Shown: positions 50,773-61,330, counted from the stretch's first letter. The stretch: 64,000 bases of DNA from Candidatus Bathyarchaeota archaeon (GCA_963827165.1 CAWGZR010000003.1:224001-288000); one strand, 5' to 3'. Numbers and translations are program-made. The notes: generated by a model from the sequence alone, not told the origin.

Positions 50773-52242
50773 TTAGTAGTCGAGGTACTTCATTATTTCC
50801 CAAGGTGATACGTACAGGCAGTACTGGTTCCAATCGTTTGTTTTGAGCTCTATGAATGCTTCGAAAACGTGGTCTCCTAGAGCTTCTTTGATGACTGTGT
50901 CGCTTTCCATTTCGTCCAGTGCGTCTTTAAGTGTAGTTGGTAGTTCTTTTATGCCGAGTTCTTTGCGTTTCGATTTAGTCAGTTTGTAAACGTCTTCGTC
51001 AACTGGGTCGCCTGGCTCAATCTTTTTCTGTATACCGTCTAAGCCTGCCATCATTATGCAGCTGAAAGCCAGGTACGGGTTGCATGACGGGTCGACACCT
51101 CGGTATTCAACGCGTTTTTGGGCTGAATGCGATGGCCCTTTGTAGTACATGGGTATTCGGGCGAGCGCGGATCTGTTGGCTTTTGACCACATGACGTATA
51201 TTGGCGCTTCGAAGCCTGGAACGAGGCGTTTGTAGCTGCTTACGGTTGGACAGCAAACTGCGGTTAATGCTTTGGCGTGGGCAAGTATGCCTCCTACGTA
51301 GTATCTGCCTGTTTGGCTGAGTTCGCAGTACTCGTCTTTTGCATCATACATGGCGTTTTTGCCGTCTTTCCAAAGGCTCGAGTGAACGTGCATACCGCTT
51401 GCATTGTCTAGGTAAATTGGCTTTGGCATGAAGGTGGCAATTAAGCCTCGTTTCTTCGCGATGTTTTTGGCGACAAATTTGAAGAAGAGCGCGCGGTCAG
51501 CTGTTTCGAGTAGTTCGCCATATTTGTAGTCGATTTCCACCTGGCCGACAGTTGCGACTTCATGGTGATGTTTCTCAATTGTTAAGCCAAAGTTGTCTTC
51601 CAATACTTGTGAAACTTCGTTTCGGTACTCAACGGTTGTGTCTTCTGGTGGTGTTCGGTAGTACGCTTCTTTGGGTCTGAGGATGAAGCCGCCGGGTGTT
51701 ACTTCTGGAGAGTTTGGCACAACTCTTGGTGCACCCCATGCGTCTCCTTCGCCGCTCTTTGGAGCAGCCCAAAGGTCCCAGGTTAGTTTGGTAGGGTCGA
51801 TTGAGGTGAATACGAAGTGTTCAAGTTCGGGAGCGAAAATTCCAGTGTACCCCATGTCCTTAGCTGCTTTTATTGCCCTTTTTGCAACATGGCCTCTTGG
51901 GCAAGTAACGGAAGGCTCTTTTGCTCCTGAAGCTTCCAATGCATCGCCGAGCACGATTGCACTTTTCATCGTTTCATCGGTAACCCAGGGCATTATCGAT
52001 AAGGTTTTGGCGTCTGGCATGAAGATCATGTCGGATTCTTCGATTGATTTGAAGCCGCGTACGGAAGATCCATCGAAGCCAATGCCGTCGGTGAATGCTG
52101 AGCCGCTTATGTATTCTCTGGCGGGTAGAACCATGTCTTGGAGTATTCCTCTTACATCGACGAATGCGGAGTGCACCCATCGGATGTTGTTTGATTTGAG
52201 GGTTTCAATAGCTTTCTTTACTTCACTCATGACTTTCACCAT
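50773..52242 (-). CDS. glnA: Glutamine synthetase type I (beta-like, with insertion)
   Basis: FDGSSVRGF, HHHEVATVGQVEID, DNASGMHVHSS, KRLVPGFEAP, DPSCNPYLA. Confidence 0.93.
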   Translation of the reverse strand: MVKVMSEVKKAIETLKSNNIRWVHSAFVDVRGILQDMVLPAREYISGSAFTDGIGFDGSSVRGFKSIEESDMIFMPDAKTLSIMPWVTDETMKSAIVLGDALEASGAKEPSVTCPRGHVAKRAIKAAKDMGYTGIFAPELEHFVFTSIDPTKLTWDLWAAPKSGEGDAWGAPRVVPNSPEVTPGGFILRPKEAYYRTPPEDTTVEYRNEVSQVLEDNFGLTIEKHHHEVATVGQVEIDYKYGELLETADRALFFKFVAKNIAKKRGLIATFMPKPIYLDNASGMHVHSSLWKDGKNAMYDAKDEYCELSQTGRYYVGGILAHAKALTAVCCPTVSSYKRLVPGFEAPIYVMWSKANRSALARIPMYYKGPSHSAQKRVEYRGVDPSCNPYLAFSCIMMAGLDGIQKKIEPGDPVDEDVYKLTKSKRKELGIKELPTTLKDALDEMESDTVIKEALGDHVFEAFIELKTNDWNQYCLYVSPWEIMKYLDY

Positions 52243-52410
52243 ACTAAATCATATGTTTTAGATTCCCTTTGAAACATAAACATATATAAGCTTATCTCTT
52301 GAAAGTTTGAATAAACGTTCACCATGGGAAAAATAAAATGAGAGCGTATGGACTTTCATAACACTTATGGCAGGTCATAAGAACGTTTAACGAAAAACCT
52401 CACTTTTTGC

Positions 52411-52869
52411 TTACTTTTCTCTTCTCAGGAAGTCTCCGACGTCCAACACGTTTTTGATCGCAACGCTCTCCGCAGTCCCGCCTAAATCACCCGTTACTCT
52501 TCCGAATCCAAGGCACTCGCCGAACTCGTTGAGCACCAAAGTCGCGTCGCCTTTATGTTTGGAACCCATCACCTTCACGATGCCTGAACCGAAGATGTCT
52601 CTTCCACAGATGTATAGCCAAGCAGCCTTGCGGTCAACAACAACCTTGTTTGCAGCTACGGGCAAAAGCATGTCGAGAAGGTTGAAGCTCGGGAAGAAAA
52701 CGCCGTTCTTAACCTTGCCCAAATATAAGCCGGCATAGTAAAAGTTGCCTTGGATCTTTTTGAGACGTGGGCTCAGCATGTAGAAGCGTTGATTCTTCTC
52801 AACAGTGAATTCTGAATTAAACTGGATTTTGGCGCCGAAAAGCGATGCAAAAACTTCTAGTTGCTTCAT
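52411..52869 (-). CDS. Nip7-like PUA-domain ribosome biogenesis protein
   Basis: AGLYLGK, AWLYICGRDIF, LDVGDFLRRE, coupled to Nop2. Confidence 0.85.
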   Translation of the reverse strand: MKQLEVFASLFGAKIQFNSEFTVEKNQRFYMLSPRLKKIQGNFYYAGLYLGKVKNGVFFPSFNLLDMLLPVAANKVVVDRKAAWLYICGRDIFGSGIVKVMGSKHKGDATLVLNEFGECLGFGRVTGDLGGTAESVAIKNVLDVGDFLRREK

Positions 52870-53753
52870 TGTTTACGCTCCTTTTTGAGTTTACACACAA
52901 AGAAGCCCTGTGTTTCTCCCGGCCAAATCCTTTTGCTTAGAGCCACTGTTGGATCAAGTTTCATACCAAACACATTTGTCAATCCGCTTTCGCCCACACA
53001 ATCAACCTGCAGCGTATGAAGGTCCAAGTTTTTGATTGCCCAATCTATATTTAACTCGTCTTCTTCAGGCTCTAAAGAGCAGGTGGAATAAACAATTTCT
53101 CCGCCTCCAGACAAGCACGCCGCCGATTCCTTTAAAATTGCCTTCTGCACGAGCGCGTTCCGTTCAACGTCATCAAAGGTTCTCCTGTAAAACCAATGGG
53201 TATCACCAGCAAAATTGCCCGAACAGGGAACGTCGAGCAGTATGCGGTCGAATTTTCGATTAAGCATACCGGACTGACGTGCATCAACGTTGTAAACAAT
53301 AATATTGCTGACGTGGCAACGTTCAAGATGGTTAGCCATCGCGCTCAGCCGCTGCTTGCTAATGTCCAACGCTGTGATGATGCCGCTATTTCCCATGAGA
53401 TCTGAGAGCTGAACCGTTTTCCCGCCGGGAGCTGCACAAGCGTCAAGCACCGTTTTTCCTCCTAAGGCAGCGAAAAGTGACGCGGGGATTTGAGCGGCAG
53501 CTTCCTGAATTGAGTACATGCCGAGCAGATACTCTGCTGTAGCGCCGACGGAAACTTTGGTTTTGTTGACCCAGTATCCCGAAGCCAAGAAGGGGATTTT
53601 CTCAAGTTCGACGCCAAGACCGCGGAGCCTCTCGGGAAGTTTTTTTCCTTTAGCGTTGAGTTGGTTTATCCGTATCGATTGCTTAAGCTCGGGTTCCTGA
53701 TATGTCCAGCCAAGTCGTGCGTAGCGATCAAGGAAAAACTGTTTTGTTGACAT
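52866..53753 (-). CDS. RsmB/Nop2-family RNA m5C methyltransferase
   Basis: IQEAAA, DACAAPGGKT, LLDVPCSG, YSTCSLEPEEDE. ATG at 53753 preferred. Confidence 0.92.
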   Translation of the reverse strand: MSTKQFFLDRYARLGWTYQEPELKQSIRINQLNAKGKKLPERLRGLGVELEKIPFLASGYWVNKTKVSVGATAEYLLGMYSIQEAAAQIPASLFAALGGKTVLDACAAPGGKTVQLSDLMGNSGIITALDISKQRLSAMANHLERCHVSNIIVYNVDARQSGMLNRKFDRILLDVPCSGNFAGDTHWFYRRTFDDVERNALVQKAILKESAACLSGGGEIVYSTCSLEPEEDELNIDWAIKNLDLHTLQVDCVGESGLTNVFGMKLDPTVALSKRIWPGETQGFFVCKLKKERKQ

Positions 53754-53936
53754 CGACCTTACATTGCAGGGCAGTGAATAAAAACTTTGCAGCAGCACCT
53801 GGCCGGCGCGTTCCAGCATGGTGCGCAAATGTAAACGAAAAACGTGTCCACGCACATTTTTTTTGATTAGTCTGAGTATGGTTTATAATCCAACTTTCAA
53901 GATTCACAAAACTTATAGTTAGTTCAAGGCTCAATT

Positions 53937-55988
53937 TTGCTTATGCACAGAGAAAAAACTCGCCAAGAACTGAAAGCTAATTCAACTCAGAGGACTTCTC
54001 CAGCATTTATTGGCGCGTCAACCTTTGATAAGAGTAATTCTCTGCGTATCTCACACAACGAATTATTGAAATCCAAGAAAACACAAAGCAAGCTCGACGA
54101 ATCGGATTCAAAATATCGTATACTTGTTGAAAAATCACTCCAAGGAATAATGATTGCTAAGTATAATCCGCTTCGTTTGGTTTTTGCCAATGAATCAATG
54201 GGGAAAATGGTGGGCTATTCACCTGAAGAGCTGATTGCTCTCTCATCCTCGGAAATAGCTGCATTAATCTTTCAAGAAGATCGAAAAGTTTTCTTTGATC
54301 GTTTTGTATGTCGGCTAGAGGGAAAACAGGGCGACAGCAACCACGAATTTAGAGCAGTTAGAAAGGACGGCTCAATAATCTGGATGGAATCTTTTTCCAC
54401 TCTCATCGAGTACGACGGGCAGCCTGCTTTGCAAGCCATGTTTTTGGACATAAACGAGCGCAAAAAGGCTGAGGATAGAGTTAGAAAAAGTGAGATGCGG
54501 TTTCGAGAACTTGCAAACTTTTTGCCAGAGATTGTTTTTGAATCTGACCTATCTGGAAAGATCACCTTCTTCAATCAGCGAGCATTTGAAATAACAGGCT
54601 ACATGCGAGAAGAGCTTGAGAAAGGCCTGAATATCATGCAGTTTGTAGTTTCAGAGCAGCGAGAAAAAGCTAAAGAAAACATAGAGAAGTCGATAGCTGG
54701 AATCAACAATACATCCGAATATACGCTCTTAAAAAAGAATGGCACGACTTTTGCGGCGCTTGTTAGAACTGCGTCTATTATTTCTGAAGGCGAAGTTAAA
54801 GGGCTCAGGGGGATAGTGATGGATATATCTGAGCGCAGGAAAGACGAGGAGCGAGTCAGGCTTTCAGAAGAAAAGTATAGAAACCTATTTGAAAATGCGT
54901 CAGACGTCATCGTCACTTTTGATCTATCTGGGAAAATAACGTCTGCAAATAAGGCCATCATGCAATATGGGTTTAAGGAAAATGAAGCGATAGGAAACAG
55001 CATTTTCACGCTTGTGCCAAAAGAATACAGCGAAACGATGATCTCGGGACTAAAGAACATCGCCGCAGGCAACGTAGCTCATAATGAAATCGAAATATTA
55101 ACCCCCATTGGGAAAAAAAGTATTGAATATAATAGTAGCCCCACATGGCTAAACGGCAAAGTTATTGGTTATCAAACAATAATTAGAGACGTCACTGAAC
55201 GCAAGCAAATGGAAAAGAAGCTAGAAGCCTACTCGAAACATTTAGAAGAACTAATTGAGACACGAACTAAAGAGTTAAGAGAAACCCAGCAGCAACTTGT
55301 TAAATCTGAAAGATTAGCGGCGATCGGCGAGTTAGCTGGCTTGGTTGGGCATGATTTACGGAATCCCTTAGCGAGCATCAAGAATGCCACTTATTACTTG
55401 AAAAAGAAGGGAATTGCGATCCCTGAAGCTCAAGAAAAAGAAATGTTAGGCATCATCGAAAAATCGATTGATCACTCAGACAAAATCATTAACGAATTGT
55501 TGGAGTACGCAAGTGAATTAAGGTTAGAACTTGGCGAAGCTTCAACCCGAAGCCTGCTAATCACGGCTCTAAAAACCATACAAGTTCCAGATAAAATACA
55601 TATTGTTGACAATACATGCGACAAGCCTACTTTTAGCGTTGATTTGAAAAAAATCGAACACGTTTTCATTAACATCATCAATAATTCGTTGGATGCGATG
55701 CCGAACGGGGGCACCCTTGAAATTCGAAGCAGCCAAACAGGAGCTAATGTCGAAATATGTTTTAGCGATACCGGAACCGGAATTCCAGAAGAAGTTCTGC
55801 CAAAAATATTTTTGCCCTTATTCACAACTAAAGCGCAGGGAATGGGTTTTGGTTTGGCGATTTGCAAAAGAGTGGTCACGGCCCATGGCGGTAAAATACT
55901 TGTGGAAACCATTATGGGCAAAGGCACGACTTTCACCGTTATTCTACCAGTCGAACCTAAAATAGAAAGCGCCACGGAAAAATTCTAG
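53937..55988 (+). CDS. PAS (x3) sensor histidine kinase
   Basis: Three PAS/PAC domains, GHDLRNPL, DTGTGI, FTTKAQGMGFGL. Confidence 0.92.
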   Translation: MLMHREKTRQELKANSTQRTSPAFIGASTFDKSNSLRISHNELLKSKKTQSKLDESDSKYRILVEKSLQGIMIAKYNPLRLVFANESMGKMVGYSPEELIALSSSEIAALIFQEDRKVFFDRFVCRLEGKQGDSNHEFRAVRKDGSIIWMESFSTLIEYDGQPALQAMFLDINERKKAEDRVRKSEMRFRELANFLPEIVFESDLSGKITFFNQRAFEITGYMREELEKGLNIMQFVVSEQREKAKENIEKSIAGINNTSEYTLLKKNGTTFAALVRTASIISEGEVKGLRGIVMDISERRKDEERVRLSEEKYRNLFENASDVIVTFDLSGKITSANKAIMQYGFKENEAIGNSIFTLVPKEYSETMISGLKNIAAGNVAHNEIEILTPIGKKSIEYNSSPTWLNGKVIGYQTIIRDVTERKQMEKKLEAYSKHLEELIETRTKELRETQQQLVKSERLAAIGELAGLVGHDLRNPLASIKNATYYLKKKGIAIPEAQEKEMLGIIEKSIDHSDKIINELLEYASELRLELGEASTRSLLITALKTIQVPDKIHIVDNTCDKPTFSVDLKKIEHVFINIINNSLDAMPNGGTLEIRSSQTGANVEICFSDTGTGIPEEVLPKIFLPLFTTKAQGMGFGLAICKRVVTAHGGKILVETIMGKGTTFTVILPVEPKIESATEKF

Positions 55989-56364
55989 ACAAATTATTGC
56001 ATCTATTCAGATTAACGCTGAAACAAATCTTTGAAAGCATCAAAACAGTGCAAAAGCCCAAACTTCACAAATTGCGGATGGAAAAGGACTTGAACTCTCG
56101 ACCCTCAACAAAAAGGAGACTGTACAAAAAATGCAGTTATCTCGTCCTAACTAAGAATGCAAAGCCACCAACGTCTCCCCATGTGCTATATGCCGGATTC
56201 CAGCAATAGCACGCAAAATCTAGCTATGCGATAGCAAAGTCCTTTATATAAGGTTCAAGTACAGGGTAGTAGAATGCGAGAATCGCATCATCACTTTTCT
56301 AACCTTTAAAGTGGCATTTAAGTGATTTAGTGACGATTCTGGGCAAATAAATGGAGATAAGAAT

Positions 56365-57309
56365 ATGAGTGTAATCTTAGAAGCCCCAAAAGTTCGTAAT
56401 CACTTAGCCGAAAAATGCCCTGAATGCACAAGCAATAATCTTGTCCATGACGGCGGCACTGGCGAAACCATCTGTGGTGACTGCGGTCTTGTTTTGTACG
56501 AGCAGATGTTAGATAAAGGCCCCGAATGGCGCGCGTTTACACAAGAAGAAAAAGCATCAAGAAGCCGCGTCGGCATGCCCACATCCTACTCCATTAATGA
56601 TAAAGGATTATCCACAACCATAAGCCAAATTGACAGAGACGCTTTCGGAAGAAAACTACCCATGTCCACTAGGTTGCAGATGTGGCGTCTTAGGAAATGG
56701 CAAATACGCAGTCGAGTACACTCGTCCATCGACCGAAATCTTTCCCAAGCCATGTCTGAATTGGAACGTTTATCCAGCAAAGTTTCTGTCCCACGATCGA
56801 CTAAAGAAAAATCGGCTATTATTTACCGCAAAGCGTTAGACAAAGGTCTAATCAGAGGAAGATCAATTAATTCTATCATGGCAGCTTCATTGTACGCAGC
56901 TTGCCGCAACAACGGAGCATCCAGAAGTCTTCACGAAATCGCCGAAGCAAGCCTCGTCGATGAGAAAGATGTTGCAAGATGCTATAGACTCCTGCTAAAA
57001 GAACTTGATTTTCACATGCCGGTTGCTGATCCGCTGACATACGTCTCAAAAATTGCAGAGAAAAACGGAATCTCAGGTAAAACTCAGGGTGCAGCCATAA
57101 CAATACTCGCGGATGCTAAACGGAAACGATTTTCGGCAGGCAAAGACCCAATGGGTATGGCTGCAGCGGCACTCTATATAGCTTGTCTTCAGAGTAATGA
57201 AAAGATAACACAAAAAGATATGGCGGATGCTGCGGGAGTCACAGAAGTTACCGTTAGAAATAGATACAAGCTCCTAAAAATGCAGTTAAATATTGAATTG
57301 CCAGATTAA
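56365..57309 (+). CDS. tfb: Transcription initiation factor IIB
   Basis: Zn ribbon CPEC...CGDCG, GPEWRAF, cyclin repeats, GVTEVTVRNRY. Confidence 0.97.
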   Translation: MSVILEAPKVRNHLAEKCPECTSNNLVHDGGTGETICGDCGLVLYEQMLDKGPEWRAFTQEEKASRSRVGMPTSYSINDKGLSTTISQIDRDAFGRKLPMSTRLQMWRLRKWQIRSRVHSSIDRNLSQAMSELERLSSKVSVPRSTKEKSAIIYRKALDKGLIRGRSINSIMAASLYAACRNNGASRSLHEIAEASLVDEKDVARCYRLLLKELDFHMPVADPLTYVSKIAEKNGISGKTQGAAITILADAKRKRFSAGKDPMGMAAAALYIACLQSNEKITQKDMADAAGVTEVTVRNRYKLLKMQLNIELPD

Positions 57310-57483
57310 GGAATTTGTTTTTAGCACTCTTAGTTTTGTGCGGTCTCCTTTGGTTCTCAGAGCTCTTTAGGGATTCTTTTTGCCCACAATCCATAAAAAA
57401 CTGTATTCACCTTATTGCAAAGGAAAAGAAACGGCATCGCTAAGCTTACAGCCGTTTTCTTTACCAGAAGGGAGATTATCAAG

Positions 57484-57618
57484 ATGAGTAAGAAAGGAGA
57501 AACAGGCGAACAGGACAGGGGGAAACCTCAGCCTCGAAAAAAGAAAGAGCGGGAAGATTCCCGCAAGAAGAAGAAACTTGACCGAGCTGAAAGACAAAAA
57601 TCAAGGTCAGTTAGATAG
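57484..57618 (+). CDS. 44-aa highly basic small protein
   Basis: MSKKGETGEQDRGKPQPRKKKEREDSRKKKKLDRAERQKSRSVR*, GGGAG SD upstream. Confidence 0.5.
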   Translation: MSKKGETGEQDRGKPQPRKKKEREDSRKKKKLDRAERQKSRSVR

Positions 57619-57903
57619 CTTAATTTTAGCCTGAAAAGAATTCGATTGATTTAGACCAAGAACCACCTGTCTTTTTCGATTTGTTCTTTGATAATCATAA
57701 ATTTCTTGATTTGTTTAAATTTTTTCCAAAGGTTATCCGTCATCAGAGCAGTGTCACAAAAAAAGAATACAGACACAGATTGAACAAATTCTGCCAATGA
57801 TGGGAAAACTGCCGATCAAATTCTGGAATTAAATTATCACAAAACCGATCGACATTCGGGGTACAACCCTAAATACCTTATAGTTGAAGGCTAACTTGTT
57901 TTA

Positions 57904-59010
57904 ATGGGGAAGCAATTGCAGAATCACGCCGCTAACACACCCGAGGCAGTTTTGGAAAAGGAGAAGAAGGCTCGAGAAGTCATAGAGGCATGCAGAACAG
58001 AGAACGGCTTCAACGCCAGTACTCAACTCTATCATCAACTATGGTTAAGAGACCTAGTCTACTCGGAAGATGTGCTCCTTAGGCTTGGATTCTATAAAGA
58101 TGTTGAAAATCACCTGACCGAATTCGTAAGGTTGCAGCGCAGCAGTGGACAAATGCCAACTGTAATTGATTTCAGTGTGAGCAAATTGATCCGCCAAAGG
58201 TATCAACGCTGCTCATCCGATGCAGAAATTTTGTTCGTTATAGGGATACAAAAGTACGCTGCCGTTGTAGGCAACAAGTTTTTGGTCGACAATAAGGAAG
58301 CTGTGAAAAGGTGCGTTACATTCCTCGAGAGCAAACTGGACGAGAACGGGCTTATTCCCGGAATGGATTGGAGGGATGCAATGCCTGTCTACATAGGCAA
58401 ATGCCTTCTTGCAAACCAGATGCTTCTAGCCGACATGTACGAATTGCTCGGAAACACCTCAGCAGCGAACTCGATTAAAGGAAATGTGAACAAGCTCTTT
58501 TATTTAGGAGATTTGGGCTGGTATGCAGACGCCATTCACTTGGAGGGCGGCGAACTTAAGCAGGATCGCCATTTTGATAGCTTCGGAAATGCTTTAGCCG
58601 TACTTAATGAAACTGCTCCGGAAAAGACTTCGGAGGGCTTATTCAGGGGTTTTGATGTTGCAAAAACGCCCTTCGGATACAGAAACATAGTGCCATATTA
58701 CGAATTCGATAGGGAAAAAGCGCTGGCAACATGGTATAGAACGTGCCGGGTGCCGTTTGGTGTATTTCTCAGGAACAGGCCGAACAAATATCAGAACTCT
58801 GCGATCTGGCCGTTTGTCGAGGTTAGAGTGATTGCCGCACTTAAAAAACTGCAGGCCTCAAGCGTAGCTCAAGCAGCAAGCAGTCGGGTGATTGAGCGTA
58901 AGGGCTTCAACGAGTTTTACGATCCATCAACTGGGGCACCAGAGGGAAGTGATGGACAGCTTTGGACAGCAACCGCAACCCTTTCGGCAATTAAACATTA
59001 TAGCTCTTGA
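57904..59010 (+). CDS. Six-hairpin glycosidase (amylo-alpha-1,6-glucosidase/GH100-like)
   Basis: YHQLWLRD, DWRD, YQNSAIWP, FNEFYD...QLWTA. Confidence 0.75.
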   Translation: MGKQLQNHAANTPEAVLEKEKKAREVIEACRTENGFNASTQLYHQLWLRDLVYSEDVLLRLGFYKDVENHLTEFVRLQRSSGQMPTVIDFSVSKLIRQRYQRCSSDAEILFVIGIQKYAAVVGNKFLVDNKEAVKRCVTFLESKLDENGLIPGMDWRDAMPVYIGKCLLANQMLLADMYELLGNTSAANSIKGNVNKLFYLGDLGWYADAIHLEGGELKQDRHFDSFGNALAVLNETAPEKTSEGLFRGFDVAKTPFGYRNIVPYYEFDREKALATWYRTCRVPFGVFLRNRPNKYQNSAIWPFVEVRVIAALKKLQASSVAQAASSRVIERKGFNEFYDPSTGAPEGSDGQLWTATATLSAIKHYSS

Positions 59011-59066
59011 AAAACCAGCTCGTCAGGTAGTTTCTAAAGTATCTTCTAGACTTACTGATTTTATTG

Positions 59067-59375
59067 CTAATGTCTCAGAGTCTTATTCAGTGAAGAATCG
59101 GGTCGTTTGTGAACTTTGAGAACGACTGAAACTATCGTGCTTTTAACACCTTTAATCTTCATGATTTTCTTTCGCAGAACATTACGGAACTCTTCCACGC
59201 TCTTGGCCGAAACAATAGAGACTATGTCATATTCGCCTGCCACGTCATAAATCTCTTCGATGTTTTCGACTTTTGAGAGAGAATCTATGATTTGTGCCTT
59301 TTGAGATGGGTCGATAAAGAGGTTAACCGAAGCCTCGAATGAACCGTGATTAGTTGGGCAATAGTCGTTCTCCAT
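59067..59375 (-). CDS. Stand-alone Lrp/AsnC ligand-binding domain protein
   Basis: EIYDVAGEYDIV...IKGVKST, no HTH. Confidence 0.85.
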   Translation of the reverse strand: MENDYCPTNHGSFEASVNLFIDPSQKAQIIDSLSKVENIEEIYDVAGEYDIVSIVSAKSVEEFRNVLRKKIMKIKGVKSTIVSVVLKVHKRPDSSLNKTLRH

Positions 59376-59620
59376 TCTGCATCATCAAACAGCTTACCGG
59401 TCGGGTAGCTTTTGAGCCTTCTTGCGAACTTAAATCCGCTAGTTTGTGAAGCGCAGTAAACAAGAGCGGAGCGGAAAGCCTGTCGCCGATTGAAGGGTAT
59501 AAGCTAAGGCACCCAAGAGGTTATTTGTTGTGTTTTGGATACAGATGATAACTAAGTCCGGGCAGACTTTTATCTGTAAAGGCAAATTTTTGGAAGCTCT
59601 TTAGCAGATTGTTCACAAAA

Positions 59621-60004
59621 CTAGTTTAGATTTGGCAAATCTATTTCGCTTGCCACCATTAGAACTCTTTCTGTCAAAAATCCCGTCAACGACTCGAGCC
59701 TATCTGAACCATCGCGTGCTTGCTTATGTTCAGCCACATGATTCTTTATAGCACAGTTCATAGCTTTCAAATCGGGCACCACCAAAATTTCGGATCCGCA
59801 TATGCATCTAACAAGTGGCATTCTTTTTTTGTGAACAGCGGACTTGCTTTCGCTGTCTTGGCCAGAAGAAAAGCGAATTTCTTGGATACTTTTTCGTTTC
59901 ATATTTATATCCATGTCCTTGGTCACTTTTTGGTGTGCAACGGAACAAGGGATTCCTATTTTCTCATGCATCGAATATAATACCTTGTTGTAGGCTCGAC
60001 TCAA
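59621..60004 (-). CDS. Putative zinc-binding protein
   Basis: RCICGSEILVVPDLKAMNCAIKNHVAEH (CxC...HxxxH). Start uncertain. Confidence 0.6.
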   Translation of the reverse strand: MSRAYNKVLYSMHEKIGIPCSVAHQKVTKDMDINMKRKSIQEIRFSSGQDSESKSAVHKKRMPLVRCICGSEILVVPDLKAMNCAIKNHVAEHKQARDGSDRLESLTGFLTERVLMVASEIDLPNLN

Positions 60005-60180
60005 TCACAGAAACATTATGCCAATAAGTCTGCCATTAATCAACTAAAGATTAATTTTTCGTTTCCAAATACACGTTTTCCATGAATTAAGCGATTGAAA
60101 ATGGCAAAAGCTTATAAAAATACAGTTAGTTTTATTCAGTGGAAAGACCACTAGTGAAACTGGAGAATGAGGTATTACGG

Positions 60181-60456
60181 ATGAGGCGATCAAAACTGGA
60201 AATGAACATTGACATCCTCAACACGTTGGCTCACTCAGGTCCTTTGAAGATGACGCACATCATGCACAAAGCTAATGTTAACGGCAGCGTGCTCAAAGAA
60301 TACCTGGACTTCCTAATCAAACAGGGACTAGTCGAAGAACGGACAATCAGGAAAAGTCGTGCGGTTTTTGCTGTCACGCAACGAGGAATTAATGTACTGA
60401 AACATTTCCGAGAACTTACTCACGTGGCATCCATCGTAGAAGAAGCCCAAAATTAG
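60181..60456 (+). CDS. Winged-helix transcriptional regulator
   Basis: MRRSKLEMNIDIL...THIMHKANVN...TQRG. Confidence 0.85.
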   Translation: MRRSKLEMNIDILNTLAHSGPLKMTHIMHKANVNGSVLKEYLDFLIKQGLVEERTIRKSRAVFAVTQRGINVLKHFRELTHVASIVEEAQN

Positions 60457-60660
60457 AAACCCTAATTTACTCCAGATCTCCTTATCTTTTTTAATTCTCG
60501 CTGGCTTGATTGACCTAAGAGGGGTTGCCAATAGGGGGCGTTAGTTAAGGCTCGCGATCCAGTTAGTGACATTTTGTTTTTGGCCGATTCCGAAAACGGA
60601 TGATAGTGAGATAAAATCTGGCAAAACTTTCCGAGTGGACCCTAGATTTTTGTGGGCGTG

Positions 60661-60755
60661 TAGAATTTCAAGGGGAAGGTTAGAGTTTGCGGAAATGCGT
60701 GAAGATGGCGAACCATCCAGCAGTTCCCTCTAAACCTACCCAATCAAGGATTCTA
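60661..60755. other. Long imperfect hairpin between convergent wHTH genes
   Basis: TAGAAT/ATTCTA, GGGAAGGTTAGAG/CTCTAAACCTACCC, GGAA/TTCC, TGC/GCA, GATGG-CGAA-CCATC. Confidence 0.55.
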
Positions 60756-60908
60756 ATTAGTTTTCTTAAACCTTATGTATCCAGAATTCATAAAAATGGC
60801 AGCGATGTCAACTTGCGCGGACAGAGGTCAAACTGAAACAGTTCCCACTGTTTACGTCGAATAAATCGGTTATTGGGTTATTGATTAATCTACCAAGCGG
60901 TTTTATTT

Positions 60909-61199
60909 TCAATAAGGAGCCGGCAGGATTCTCTCGTCTTCTTCGATGGGAATCGCTTTGTTTAGCTCTCTAAAGAATTTGAGGACTTCTGTTCCGCGAG
61001 CGGTATTTGCGTAAACTACCTTGCCTTTTCCGACGATTCGTTCTTCAATTAATTCTTGCTTGAGCAGGAAGGACAAACATTGCTTCAGAACTTCACAGTT
61101 CACATTCGACTTGTACATAATATGCGTGACTTTAAGTGGTCCTCTTTGAGATAAAACCTTAAGAATATCAACGTACATTTCCAGTTTGGAACGCCTCAT
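60909..61199 (-). CDS. Winged-helix transcriptional regulator (paralog of 60181-60456)
   Basis: MRRSKLEMYVDIL...THIMYKSNVN...TARG. Confidence 0.87.
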   Translation of the reverse strand: MRRSKLEMYVDILKVLSQRGPLKVTHIMYKSNVNCEVLKQCLSFLLKQELIEERIVGKGKVVYANTARGTEVLKFFRELNKAIPIEEDERILPAPY

Positions 61200-61330
61200 A
61201 CTTAACCCGTTCTAAAGTGAACAAAAGCCTGCATTAAGCATTTGTGCGTTAGAAAAAACATAACATTTTGAAGCTATCGATAGTCAAGAGATAAGCCCTC
61301 TTTTGAAGACAGGTTATACAAGCTTTCGCT

